Of a DNA stretch of 59,875 bases, positions 9,501 through 17,784 are shown piece after piece (within the stretch, counting starts at the first letter, position 1; every line of letters starts with the position of its first letter). The stretch is from a virus (lineage: Duplodnaviria; Caudoviricetes). A program made the position numbers and the translations under genes. The notes beneath the pieces were generated by a model. The model was given only the letters and a program-made list of their open reading frames with translations, made no database searches and was not told where the DNA came from. The stretch lies in IMG/VR virus record IMGVR_UViG_3300023179_008242, positions 1-59,875 of that record; one strand, written 5' to 3'.

Positions 9501-11375
9501 GGCCGACTCGTAGTCATGCGAGGGAGCCATGAAGGTTTGGCTCGGGACGCCTCCGTCGGGCGTGCAGACTTGGCACGGCGGGCAGTCGTTCTTGCAGGTT
9601 CCTCCCTCGCACTTCTGGCAACTGGCACAGGGCGGTTCGCACGGCGCGGGAGGGCAATCGCACGGAACCGTCTCGTATGTTTCGGTGCACTCTCCTTGTT
9701 GGCACACATATCGATTCACAGTGCGCTCGCACTCTCCTTCACCGAGCTCTCTGCATTCGCCCTCGTACGGCTCCGCGCACTCGTTGCCCTCTCCTTGGAT
9801 GCAACAGTCATCGCAAGGTTCGGTGGTTATGTCGCCTGTGCAGAATGGCTGGTTGTTCTCGTCCAGCGTGCAGGGATGGTTGAAGACCTCCCTGACGCAG
9901 AAATCTGGATCGCAGGGAAGGTAATCGGGGTCGGGACATTGGAATCCGGCACACCCGCAGTCGGCGTCGGCCCCGTCGAGACACGACGGTTCGTCATCGT
10001 ACGGGCCCGTCGTTCCCTCCTCGCACTTGGAGGCGCTGACGCAGTACCACTTGCCTCCGCCCGTGGAGGAACTAGACAACGGGTCGCATGGCTCCTCTTG
10101 GCACTTTCCGTCGCAGCAGTAGCCGGGATCAGGGCCCCAAGACGTAATGCACGGAGGCCGCTGCGGGGCGTTCGCGAACGCCCAAGCCGGGCGATCCTCT
10201 GGAGCGACGTTGGCCGGTACTCGAACTCTCTCGGGTGGCGGAGCTGGATCACAAGATAAGAACATATAGGTAAAGTAGAAGCAGTCACCGGCCGTCGTAC
10301 ACCCGCCGCTGGAACTAGAATTCCCACCCGCACAGGCTTCTGGATCGCATCCTACAGTTCGCTCGTCCGTTACGCACTCGCCCCCCAAGCATATGTATTC
10401 GGTCACCGTCTGGCGGCATTCTCCATCTTGGTCCAGCGCGCATTCGCTGTAAAGGGGATCTCCGCAGGCCTCCCTCTCGGGACAATCCGAGCCGGAGCTG
10501 CCCTGGGTCGACGATGAATTTTCTTCTGTGGGACTGCTAGATTTTCCGCAATTATTCGCACACTCTCCCACGGATTCATAACAAGTTCCCCCAAAATATT
10601 CGCAATATTTACGACCGCTTACATTCGAAACGCAAAAAGGTATAGGCCCCCCTCCAGCATAGCAACCTACTTTTATGCAATAGCTGCCAAGATTCCCACC
10701 GCTTTCACGCCACGCTTCATAACCTTCGACATCGTCAAAGGGAGAGATTTGTTCAGGATTGTCAATTACGGATTTTGCGCTTGTGCATGGTGATCCCCCA
10801 CAGCACGGGATAATGTTATCGTATTCAGGAGGCAGGTACTCGCATCGGGGCGGGCGGTATGGCAATCCTTCGCGATTTTCTTCTGGAAAACAGCAGTGAC
10901 ATCCTGTAGGGGGGTCGGGCGGAACAGAACTGGACGAACTGCTGGGGGGGTCGGGCGGACCAGAACTGGACGAACTGCTGGGGGGCGGGGGAATTCGGCA
11001 CCAGTATTCTCTGATTCCCGCAAATAATTCTTCTTCGGTCGGGGCGGGAAGTTCACTTGCCGGGACACACTCGCAATCGGTGCCTATGTAACAAAAATTT
11101 TGAAGCTCCTGCCAATCTGCTCCGGCTTCCGACAGGATGTAATAGCAAAAACTTCCATAGCAATAATCGGGTTCTCCTGTGCTGCTGCTTCCTGATGTAC
11201 TGCTGCTTGCACACTGTTCCGGGGGGTTGCAGGTGCCGTCGTAGCAGTATCCGCAAGGACAACATATGGGGTCTCCGAGCGGCGTGGTTCCAACCTGGCA
11301 CCACCCGTCGCCCTGAGGGCACGGCGGGGGCTTGTCCGTGAGGCTGAATAGGATTTCTGGTGTGGTTTTGTACAT
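6525..11375 (-). CDS. 1616-aa Cys-rich mosaic protein: Cys-rich modules, poly-Ser linkers, nucleotidyltransferase-like insert, PKD-like domain, BspA/DUF285-type repeats
   Basis: CxPCxxC repeats; IIGSFA..H...NDIDI NTase motif; VEWGDG..HTY.SPG.YTV (PKD-like); W(D/N)(T/V)SSVTNM..MF repeats (DUF285). Confidence 0.8.
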   Translation of the reverse strand: MYKTTPEILFSLTDKPPPCPQGDGWCQVGTTPLGDPICCPCGYCYDGTCNPPEQCASSSTSGSSSTGEPDYCYGSFCYYILSEAGADWQELQNFCYIGTDCECVPASELPAPTEEELFAGIREYWCRIPPPPSSSSSSGPPDPPSSSSSSVPPDPPTGCHCCFPEENREGLPYRPPRCEYLPPEYDNIIPCCGGSPCTSAKSVIDNPEQISPFDDVEGYEAWRESGGNLGSYCIKVGCYAGGGPIPFCVSNVSGRKYCEYFGGTCYESVGECANNCGKSSSPTEENSSSTQGSSGSDCPEREACGDPLYSECALDQDGECRQTVTEYICLGGECVTDERTVGCDPEACAGGNSSSSGGCTTAGDCFYFTYMFLSCDPAPPPERVRVPANVAPEDRPAWAFANAPQRPPCITSWGPDPGYCCDGKCQEEPCDPLSSSSTGGGKWYCVSASKCEEGTTGPYDDEPSCLDGADADCGCAGFQCPDPDYLPCDPDFCVREVFNHPCTLDENNQPFCTGDITTEPCDDCCIQGEGNECAEPYEGECRELGEGECERTVNRYVCQQGECTETYETVPCDCPPAPCEPPCASCQKCEGGTCKNDCPPCQVCTPDGGVPSQTFMAPSHDYESAMRILSSHGVEHVIIGSFARHMHGMQSSFNDIDIVYRTSPDNMERLRASMSEMTGDASAFSGVDFSEKRRNIVVLKDGQSLDVIPEIRNNRWEDLSVGASKFFSLGGEVTTCSADTLHRLSELHRMHEIRSMADGVFHECVAVQCGPCETCGGPENKCATTCNKCQTCEGGECKTTKTCDPCFNCDPETGNCVPLCSPCEQCSPTDGGHECVPKPCGPCEVCVSGTCTFACGPCEQCNGASCVSLCKGQQTCFGGQCKQCYPPPLPPSSVPLLCPDGTQYGLILSTFWNPAACSYQQQQFIWGDCSGTGGGSSSDSGGGGDSSSTTCCDQADDNTAPEFEDRCGYVVPKKTGGGVVQSCFGFYAEYEWCDTCLEGSPVLKDVKYFFFNGESCEFEPSPNNGVAPSLPCPQSSSSSSPSSSSSSSIEFTDGSSSSSSATPPSSSTEASSSTAGPSSSSTEASSSTAAPSSSSTEASSSTAGPSSSSTEASSSTEESSSISELSPSSSSSSSSSYPYGLLLVYDTTNEPSDNTVSLPLAGTVDVMVEWGDGTFNNYTTTGFKTHTYASPGVYTVHVSGTMTSLDHGTGDHLQNNKLKLTRCLSFGSLGITNMLRAFRGCINLTEVPDQLPSGVTNCSEMFHSCASFNDHRVAMWDVSSVTNMQNMFRGCQQFDADLSSWNTSSATNMAGMFYECQSFNSDLSSWDTGSVLNMSAMFFDADAYDCNMASWNLSSLSVSFSLNEFMSDSTGLSTANYDATLVGWNASKAAYRSDLSPNFGGSKYTCGSAAEAARAALVAYGWTITDGGCVAPMVRKTPNVFQMYAKKDGSTDLRLKRVPSDPGSREMCICDHFAGPLPSKKGSHECFECVQVWECDHMHGPRPAGYYSVNGTSEFDVTNQCFPVGHKCDSDVGAAPIYRFENKDKREAMGTADACLPRYGCDEKEGCVFIGHRTNGYLEDECESVCLTRFEKIGGECSPYGFGTFGMSEDDCNRAP
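8041..8183. repeat. 42-bp tandem repeat (~3.4 copies) encoding SSSTEASSSTA(G/A)PS
   Basis: gcctctgtcgaact recurs at 8041, 8083, 8125 and 8167. Confidence 0.9.
10911..10985. repeat. 36-bp tandem duplication encoding PPSSSSSS(G/V)PPD
   Basis: ggggtcgggcgga.cagaactggacgaactgctggg occurs twice in tandem. Confidence 0.8.
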
Positions 11376-11387
11376 ATTGGTCGAAGG

Positions 11388-12599
11388 CTATTCGACCAAG
11401 AATCTGAACTTGAAATTCTCGGCGACAGCCTCGATGGCCCTCATGTTTTCGTCGGAAATTTTTTCCGAAGACACGACGTCTATCGTATTTAGTCCGCAGA
11501 GCACGCGTTTGATCCCGAGAACCGAAAGGGATTCGATCTTTTTCCTGATGTCTAGGATGCACAGTCCCTTGAGCGAGAAGGGCCTGCTCTCCATGAACTC
11601 GAAGGGCCTGAAGAGGCGTCCGCATACGCATCTCGTGTAGGAATTCGATATCGAGCAGTAGTCTCCGTTCCAGTACCTCACGAACGGGCTGGCGAGGTTG
11701 AAGTAGTCGGTGCAGACCAGCCTGCCTTCGGATTCCTCCGCCCACGACAGGTTGTCCATCAGGTGGTAGGTGCCGTGGCGGCAAGTGAAGAACGAGGCGC
11801 CACCGTCCCAGCACCTCATGTGGTCGCAGACCCATTCCGCCCTGCCGTCCAGGAGGAACTCCCTGTCGGAGGGGAGCAGCCTCTCGTTCGTGTTGCTCAC
11901 GAGCGAACACAGCCTGTCCCTCCTCTTGCTCTTCCTGACGGCATCGCAGAGGGCGTTGATCGTCGACCCCGGGGCGAATATGACGTCGACCCTGTTTCTG
12001 ACCAGGTGTCCCATGATGTGACGCATGTAGGATTGTCTGTCCCTCTCCATGGCCTTGAAGTTGACGTAGTGGACGAAGGCCCTCCTCTTGAGGCCGTGGT
12101 GATCCATGAAGTTCTGCGAGTCCTCCCGCACGGTTACCGCCAATGATGAGTCGTACATCTTGCTGTTGAACATGTTGAGTATGTGGGGCGTCCGGGGCAT
12201 GCCGAACTCGTCCATCACGAGGTCGTAGTGGTTGTCTGCCTCTATCGGATAAAGAGATGGGTCCCACCTCAGGTAACCGAATGGATAACCCGTCGTGCTG
12301 CCGCTGGTGGACATCCTCGCCGACTCGTTGGACACCGATGGCGCGTGCCACCTCGAACCGTCCATGAGGCGTTCTCGGGTGAGAATCTCGTCCTCGATTT
12401 GGGCGTACACGGGGCTGTTGGAGGAGGCCCACGATTTGATGTTGGATCGAAGCAAGGAAACGACTTCGCGCACCAGTTCCTCTTCCTGGTACATGACCCA
12501 CCTGCACAGGGGGAAGTAGTCGTGGAGCATCTCCTTGCTCGGGAGGCACTCGCCCTTCCACTTTTCGACGAACTCCGTCAGCTCCTGTGTATTCCGCAT
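11388..12599 (-). CDS. Phenylacetate-CoA ligase/CapK-like adenylate-forming enzyme
   Basis: STSGSTTGYP P-loop; LVCTDYFN..PFVRYWNGD; C-x-CGR motif. Confidence 0.7.
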   Translation of the reverse strand: MRNTQELTEFVEKWKGECLPSKEMLHDYFPLCRWVMYQEEELVREVVSLLRSNIKSWASSNSPVYAQIEDEILTRERLMDGSRWHAPSVSNESARMSTSGSTTGYPFGYLRWDPSLYPIEADNHYDLVMDEFGMPRTPHILNMFNSKMYDSSLAVTVREDSQNFMDHHGLKRRAFVHYVNFKAMERDRQSYMRHIMGHLVRNRVDVIFAPGSTINALCDAVRKSKRRDRLCSLVSNTNERLLPSDREFLLDGRAEWVCDHMRCWDGGASFFTCRHGTYHLMDNLSWAEESEGRLVCTDYFNLASPFVRYWNGDYCSISNSYTRCVCGRLFRPFEFMESRPFSLKGLCILDIRKKIESLSVLGIKRVLCGLNTIDVVSSEKISDENMRAIEAVAENFKFRFLVE

Positions 12600-13255
12600 C
12601 CTTCCCTCAGGTAGAAGTTGAGGGTGACGCGGTTCGTGTGGGACCATCTGACGCCTTCCCACCTCGACACCAGGTCCCAGTCGTTCCCCTTGGGGACCCT
12701 GCGCCAACCTCCGTATCTATCTATGAGGATGCGCCTGTGCATTATCTCGCTCGTGTCGACGTATCCCTGCTTGGGGGCGTCGGGGTGGACGCGCTCCCCA
12801 ACAACCTTCATGTCGTGGCTCCACAGCCTCGTGCCCGTGTAGGCCATGTCCGAGTCCCTCTCCGATATCGCCTCGTAGAGGGCCTCCAGATGGTTGTCCT
12901 CGTACCAGTTGTCGTCGTCCAGGTAGCAGATGAGGTCGTTCCGCGAGTTCATTATGGCGAAGTTCCTCGGTCCCCATCCCGCGGCTCCGCAGTTGACCGG
13001 AAGCGAATGGAAGATGAACCTCGGGTCTGATATGGACCTGCAGAAACCTACGGTCTCCTTGCATATTTCGCACTCCATGCACGACCTGACGCCCTCGGCG
13101 TGCCTGCAGCCGTCCTTGACGATCATGCACTCGAAGTTCTCGTAGGTCTGGGCAGCCACGGATGTCACGGCCCTGTCGACCCACTCCAGCGACGAGTGGT
13201 ACGTGGGCATCACGACCAGAATCCTCTCCTTCCTTGCGGACTCCCCCAGTCTCAT
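12578..13255 (-). CDS. Glycosyltransferase family 2
   Basis: VVMPTY, SVAAQTYENFE, IVKDG, PRN.AI, YLDDDN and DWDL motifs. Confidence 0.9.
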   Translation of the reverse strand: MRLGESARKERILVVMPTYHSSLEWVDRAVTSVAAQTYENFECMIVKDGCRHAEGVRSCMECEICKETVGFCRSISDPRFIFHSLPVNCGAAGWGPRNFAIMNSRNDLICYLDDDNWYEDNHLEALYEAISERDSDMAYTGTRLWSHDMKVVGERVHPDAPKQGYVDTSEIMHRRILIDRYGGWRRVPKGNDWDLVSRWEGVRWSHTNRVTLNFYLREGCGIHRS

Positions 13256-13412
13256 AACGCCTCCTGCGCTTCTTGTGCGTCACTTCCGTGACGATGTATT
13301 TACGATCCGCGAGCCTCCATGATTGAAGAATTGGGAAAAAAATGAGGCCGATAGTTGCGACGGAGGGCATAGATACAAGTTGGTTTACGGAACCGTTAAA
13401 CGGGAGGGATTC

Positions 13413-14237
13413 ATGTTCGTAAGGTTTTTCCTCATCCTGCTGGCCCTTTGCTCGGCCTGCCCCGGGGGCACGATTGACCCCGTGGTGTCGGACGAAAAAT
13501 ATGTGTCGTACGGCGGCCTCCACGAGTGCGTGGTTCCCATATACGGGAACTGCGAGTGCGGAATGGAAGGCGGCAAGCCCCACAAGTTCGCCGCCAGCGC
13601 GGTGGTGGTCGGGAGGAAGTGGGTCGTGACCGCCGCCCACGTCGTGGCGAAGAGCTCAGGCGTTAAGGTCAGGGTGAGGGGCAAGGAACACGCCATGAGG
13701 CGAGTGATAGTCAACTCCGGGTTCAAGCAGGAGACGATGGGAAGGTACGACATCGCGATGTGCGAGTCCGAGGAAGATATGCACCTGGACTTCTACCCGG
13801 CCCTGTACGAGGGCGACGGGGAGAGCGGCAAGGTGGCGAGCATCTGCGGCTACGGCATAACCGGAACGTTCTCGACCGGGGCCGTGAGGGGGGACGGCAA
13901 GAAGCGGGCCGGGTCGAACACCATCGATAGGGCAGAGAACCACGTCCTCTTCTGCTCCGTGGTCGGAGGCAAGAAGACCGAGATGGAGTTCCTGATAGCT
14001 CCGGGCGACAGCGGTGGAGGCATGTTCATCGACCAGAAGCTCGCCGGCATCAACTCGTTCGTTTCGGCCAGCGACGGCAAGTCCAACTCGGACTACGGCG
14101 ATGAGTGCGCCTTCACGAGGGTCAGCCTGTTCGCGCCATGGATGAGGGCGTGCATGAACGGCGAGGAGCGCACGTCCCTAATCGACGACGGAGTCGATGT
14201 AGTCCTCAACCCTGAACGAGGGGCTCCATCCGAATGA
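13413..14237 (+). CDS. Trypsin-like (S1) serine protease with signal or lipoprotein-like leader
   Basis: TAAHV, YDIA and GDSGG catalytic-triad motifs; hydrophobic N-terminus MFVRFFLILLALCSAC; GGAGG RBS. Confidence 0.85.
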   Translation: MFVRFFLILLALCSACPGGTIDPVVSDEKYVSYGGLHECVVPIYGNCECGMEGGKPHKFAASAVVVGRKWVVTAAHVVAKSSGVKVRVRGKEHAMRRVIVNSGFKQETMGRYDIAMCESEEDMHLDFYPALYEGDGESGKVASICGYGITGTFSTGAVRGDGKKRAGSNTIDRAENHVLFCSVVGGKKTEMEFLIAPGDSGGGMFIDQKLAGINSFVSASDGKSNSDYGDECAFTRVSLFAPWMRACMNGEERTSLIDDGVDVVLNPERGAPSE

Positions 14238-15080
14238 CTTGAGAGCCTTCAGGTTGTCGGCGAGCGTCTCTCTAGCCTCGCCTTTTCGAGGCGGAAGGTA
14301 TGCCGTCCTGTCGGACATCCTGTTCGCAACCTCCAAAACGGACAAGTTCCTGCCCGACCCTATGTTGAAGACCGAACCGAAGCATTCATCGTCAATGTCG
14401 GACTCCGCCGCCAGTATGTTGGCTCGTGCGACGTCGTAGACGTGCGTGAAGTCCCTGCGCTGGAGCCCGTCGCCCACCACGGTGAGTGGCTGTCCGGCCT
14501 CGAGTTGCCTGCGGAATATGCCAATCACGGACGCATACTGTCCCTTCTGGGGCTCCCTGGGCCCGTAGACATTGAAGTACCTGAGCGTCAGGGTGCGCAG
14601 CCCGAAGGTCTTCCAGTACATCTCGCAGGCGATCTCCCCGGCCACCTTCGAGGCGGAGTAGGGGTTGAGGGGGTCGGGGCGCTGGTGCTCCCTGTATGGC
14701 ACAGGGTTGCCTCCGTAGGCCGAGCTCGTGGACGAATACACGAACCTCTTGGTTCCGTTGATCCTTGCGGACTCCAAGGCCACGGCCGTGCCGAGGGAGT
14801 TGGTGCGGAACGCCCTTACGGGATCCTCCATCGACAGGCCTATTCTAGAGGCCGCCGCGAGATGGAACACGAAATCGACGCCCGCGGAGAGCCTCTTCAT
14901 TGAATCTAGGTCGCACACGTCGACTTTGTGGTTTTCCGCTCCGCCGTTCCAGTGGTACCTGCCGTTGGACTCCGACGACTCGTTGTCCACGCACACGACC
15001 TCGTGGCCGACCCCGAGCAGGGCGTCGACGAGGTTCGACCCCACGAATCCTGCTCCCCCTGTTACTAGACTCCTGGGCAC
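14178..15080 (-). CDS. NAD-dependent epimerase/dehydratase (GalE-like extended SDR)
   Basis: VTGGAGFVGS, FHLAA, YSASK (YxxxK), RYFNVYGP, RDFTHV; GTG start with AGGAG RBS. Confidence 0.92.
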   Translation of the reverse strand: MPRSLVTGGAGFVGSNLVDALLGVGHEVVCVDNESSESNGRYHWNGGAENHKVDVCDLDSMKRLSAGVDFVFHLAAASRIGLSMEDPVRAFRTNSLGTAVALESARINGTKRFVYSSTSSAYGGNPVPYREHQRPDPLNPYSASKVAGEIACEMYWKTFGLRTLTLRYFNVYGPREPQKGQYASVIGIFRRQLEAGQPLTVVGDGLQRRDFTHVYDVARANILAAESDIDDECFGSVFNIGSGRNLSVLEVANRMSDRTAYLPPRKGEARETLADNLKALKSFGWSPSFRVEDYIDSVVD

Positions 15081-15772
15081 GCGTGGGTCTCCTGACGGAA
15101 TTCGTGCGGGAAGGATTCTCGGAAGAACCTTTCTATATCCGGCGTGGCGGCTGCCCTGTAGTACATTCTGTCGACTCCCAGATCGGACGGGTCGCGCACG
15201 AACTCCCGCACCCAGGGGGAAAGGGTCGCGTAGAAGCCGGAAAGCCTTCCGCTCCTGATCCATCGTACGACTTCGTCCTTGCGCGCTAGGAAGGACGATT
15301 GGTCGGTGAGTCCCGCCTCGCTCATCAATTCCATGGATGCCGAAATTTCCGCCCGGGCCTTCCTGTCGCTCGGGCGTATGGACATGTCCGAGGGGGACCG
15401 CGGACGAGCCATGATCTTGTCGCGCCTGCTCTTCCAGAGTTTCCACCTGCGCCAAGCCTTCTCCCCCACGAGGCAGTGGGGCTCTATGAGGGCGTGGACG
15501 TTGCCGTCGTTGATCGACTTGAGCATCTGTATCTGCGCCTGCACGTACATCGGGATTTCCTTGTCCGCGATTATCCCGGCCATCTCCTTGGCCAGTTTGT
15601 AGCAGTACTTGAAAAGGAGGCACCTTCTCGGGTCGGCCCCCGTCTTGAGCCTCGCGTAGGGCTCGTTCGGAATCTCCCTACGGCATTCGTCCTGCCAAAC
15701 AAGTGCTATTTTGTAGGCCTTCGCCTCGATTGGATCCATCCTGTAGCCTATGATTGGCTCGAGTTCTCTCAT
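15065..15772 (-). CDS. Hypothetical protein
   Basis: ORF starting MRELEPIIGY; no recognisable motif. Confidence 0.65.
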   Translation of the reverse strand: MRELEPIIGYRMDPIEAKAYKIALVWQDECRREIPNEPYARLKTGADPRRCLLFKYCYKLAKEMAGIIADKEIPMYVQAQIQMLKSINDGNVHALIEPHCLVGEKAWRRWKLWKSRRDKIMARPRSPSDMSIRPSDRKARAEISASMELMSEAGLTDQSSFLARKDEVVRWIRSGRLSGFYATLSPWVREFVRDPSDLGVDRMYYRAAATPDIERFFRESFPHEFRQETHACPGV

Positions 15773-15782
15773 GATTCTGCTA

Positions 15783-15811
15783 TTGCCCCTCCCGATAGAT
15801 CTAGTTATGTT
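15783..15811 (+). promoter_or_regulatory. Sigma70-like promoter for the candidate ncRNA/PolA unit
   Basis: TTGCCC-17 nt-TATGTT. Confidence 0.5.
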
Positions 15812-15817
15812 GTGTGG

Positions 15818-16215
15818 CGAACAAAACCTGCAATAACCTATAACGAACAGCAAAAACTTTCAACCCGAACTAGATTCGAATGGAGAACACTGTCGAGTCC
15901 GCGTTCGAGAGATCGCGGAGCCACGGGGATTATACTTCCCTGGTCCCTAAGCCTTTGCGTTGAAACTCGCATAGCCAATGACGGAGGAGGCTGAGTCGCC
16001 TGTAGAAAAACCTTTTGGCGCGGAGGAATCCGTGCTTTTCCGTGTAACCCGACGCTAGTCGATGCGTCGTGGGCCTGGGTCACGGTCCGAAATGGGTACG
16101 AATCAAAAGGTTGTAATAATACAGGCAGAGGGGTTCGGGCAATCGTCGTGTTAGCGGAACTCGGTGTACAAACGAAGGGAGAGGCACAAGGCCATATAAC
16201 TTGTGTCTCTTTTAT
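15818..16215 (+). ncRNA. Candidate large structured ncRNA (~400 nt), family unknown
   Basis: Nested long-range helices 15864-70/16133-39, 15998-16004/16120-26 and 16009-17/16104-12; local hairpins with GAGA and GAAA loops; possible pseudoknot; closing 14-bp hairpin 16177-16213; wobble pairs are G-U on the + strand. Confidence 0.6.
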
Positions 16216-16292
16216 AGGGGTACCCGGAGGGAAGGCCCATTCTCTAGACTGAAACATAGGCACATCTTCTTATTTTATGAAAGGACGATTAA

Positions 16293-16508
16293 TTGAGTAG
16301 CAAGAAAAAAACAAGAAGGCACATCAGGAGGATGGCAGAGAGGAAGGGCATCGGCTATAGGGAGGCAATATGCCGCTTCTACGACTCCGACTTGGAGTCC
16401 ATCAACAAGAGCCTTGTCTATTCGCTTCACAAGAACACAAGAGCCGGACGGATTTTAATATCGCCACTCATCGGGTATGATCGCGGCAACAATGTCAGAG
16501 ATGTCTGA
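16293..16508 (+). CDS. Small basic hypothetical protein
   Basis: TTG start after AAGGA; MSSKKKTRRHIRRM; overlaps the start of the PolA gene. Confidence 0.45.
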   Translation: MSSKKKTRRHIRRMAERKGIGYREAICRFYDSDLESINKSLVYSLHKNTRAGRILISPLIGYDRGNNVRDV

Positions 16509-17784
16509 AGTCATGCCCCGGTTCAGGGGACATGACATTTATTTTTACATGCACGGATCCGGCTCTTCGCTCGGCGACGAGCTGCGGTTCTACTACGGAG
16601 GCGGTAGGGCCGTAGTTCCGTGCTCGGACTCGGTGTCGATTAGCGTCCTCGCGTCCTCGATCCAGCATTTCGTGGACGCCGACCGCCTTCTAATCGCGTG
16701 GTCTGCGAAGGACATCTTCTCGTTCGTGAAGTCGCGCACGGAGATGTCCATGGAGGTCGGGAGCGTGCTCTACGACCTCTCGGTCATCTCCTCCTACCTT
16801 TCGGTTGAGTGCGAGGTTCCGACCTCGTTCTCCTCGGCCGTGAGGCTCTTGAAGCGGCTTCTGGGGCACCCGGGCTGGCCTGCCTTCAAGCCTTTCTACT
16901 TCGAGGTCTACATGCCCCTCGTTACCTCCGTGCTCCCCGAAATGGAGACCTGCTGCCTTGTGGACAACTCCAAGCGCATGTGCGTCTACCCTTCCTACGT
17001 CGTCGAGGGTCAGGCCAACGGGCGCCTGAAGGCTGTCGTGCCGTCGGAGGCCCACTACAACCCTCACTCGCTCGGGAGGGAGCAGAGGGCCAGTCTGAGG
17101 CCGGCGGGCTACGACGAGGTGTTCGTCTACTTCGACTACAAGAACATGGAGGTGAATGTCCTCCAGTGGCTTTCGGGCGACCCGAACCTCGGGGCGATAC
17201 TGGCGTCCGGGGAAGACCCGTACAGGTCGATATGGTCGCGTGTGATACGCGGAGAGGCAACCGAGTCCCAGAGGCGCATCTGCAAGGACATCTTCCTGCC
17301 CGTGGTTTTTGGCCAGGGTTCGCGCTCGCTGGCGGAGCGGGCCGGCATCAAGGAAGAAATTGCTTCCAGAATCATAGATACGCTGGTTGATGCCTTTCCT
17401 GTCGCCTTTGACTGGGTAACCTCCCAGTCGCCCGACGGCGACAAAATGGCCGTGGACTTCTTCGGGAGGCGGCGCCGCTTCGAGGGCCGAGAGCTCTACA
17501 AGACGCGCAACTTCTCCGTCCAGTCCCCTGCCAGCATGATATGCCTTCGGAAGCTCGTACGACTCCACCGCTCCTTGTCGGGGCTGGCGCGTACATGCTT
17601 CCATGTTCACGACGGATACTGCGTTGTATGCGACAAGAACAAGGTCGACGAGGTTTTCGAGGTCGGCACCTCGGTGCTCGAGGAGGAGGACGCTATGTTC
17701 CCCGGACTCAAGCTGAAGACCTCGTGCGTCCACGGCCCCTGCCTAGAAGAAACCAAACCCACCAGAAAAGGAGCATTAGCATGA
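16477..17784 (+). CDS. Short family-A DNA polymerase-like protein lacking the thumb subdomain
   Basis: GQANGRL (TGRL-like), motif A FDYKNMEV, motif B RRICKDIFLPVVFGQG, NFSVQSPAS, motif C HVHDG. Confidence 0.8.
   Translation: MIAATMSEMSEVMPRFRGHDIYFYMHGSGSSLGDELRFYYGGGRAVVPCSDSVSISVLASSIQHFVDADRLLIAWSAKDIFSFVKSRTEMSMEVGSVLYDLSVISSYLSVECEVPTSFSSAVRLLKRLLGHPGWPAFKPFYFEVYMPLVTSVLPEMETCCLVDNSKRMCVYPSYVVEGQANGRLKAVVPSEAHYNPHSLGREQRASLRPAGYDEVFVYFDYKNMEVNVLQWLSGDPNLGAILASGEDPYRSIWSRVIRGEATESQRRICKDIFLPVVFGQGSRSLAERAGIKEEIASRIIDTLVDAFPVAFDWVTSQSPDGDKMAVDFFGRRRRFEGRELYKTRNFSVQSPASMICLRKLVRLHRSLSGLARTCFHVHDGYCVVCDKNKVDEVFEVGTSVLEEEDAMFPGLKLKTSCVHGPCLEETKPTRKGALA

Noticed and set aside
15818-16215. Identification of the structured RNA as tmRNA, RNase P RNA or a group I/II intron
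   Set aside because: No tRNA-like acceptor/T-arm, no GAGGAAAGUCC-type P4 motif, no recognisable intron core, and it interrupts no gene. A divergent member cannot be excluded without cmscan.
15838-16263. 141-aa minus-strand ORF and other short ORFs in the intergenic gap
   Set aside because: No coding-like codon bias or motifs; the region is better explained by RNA structure on the + strand.
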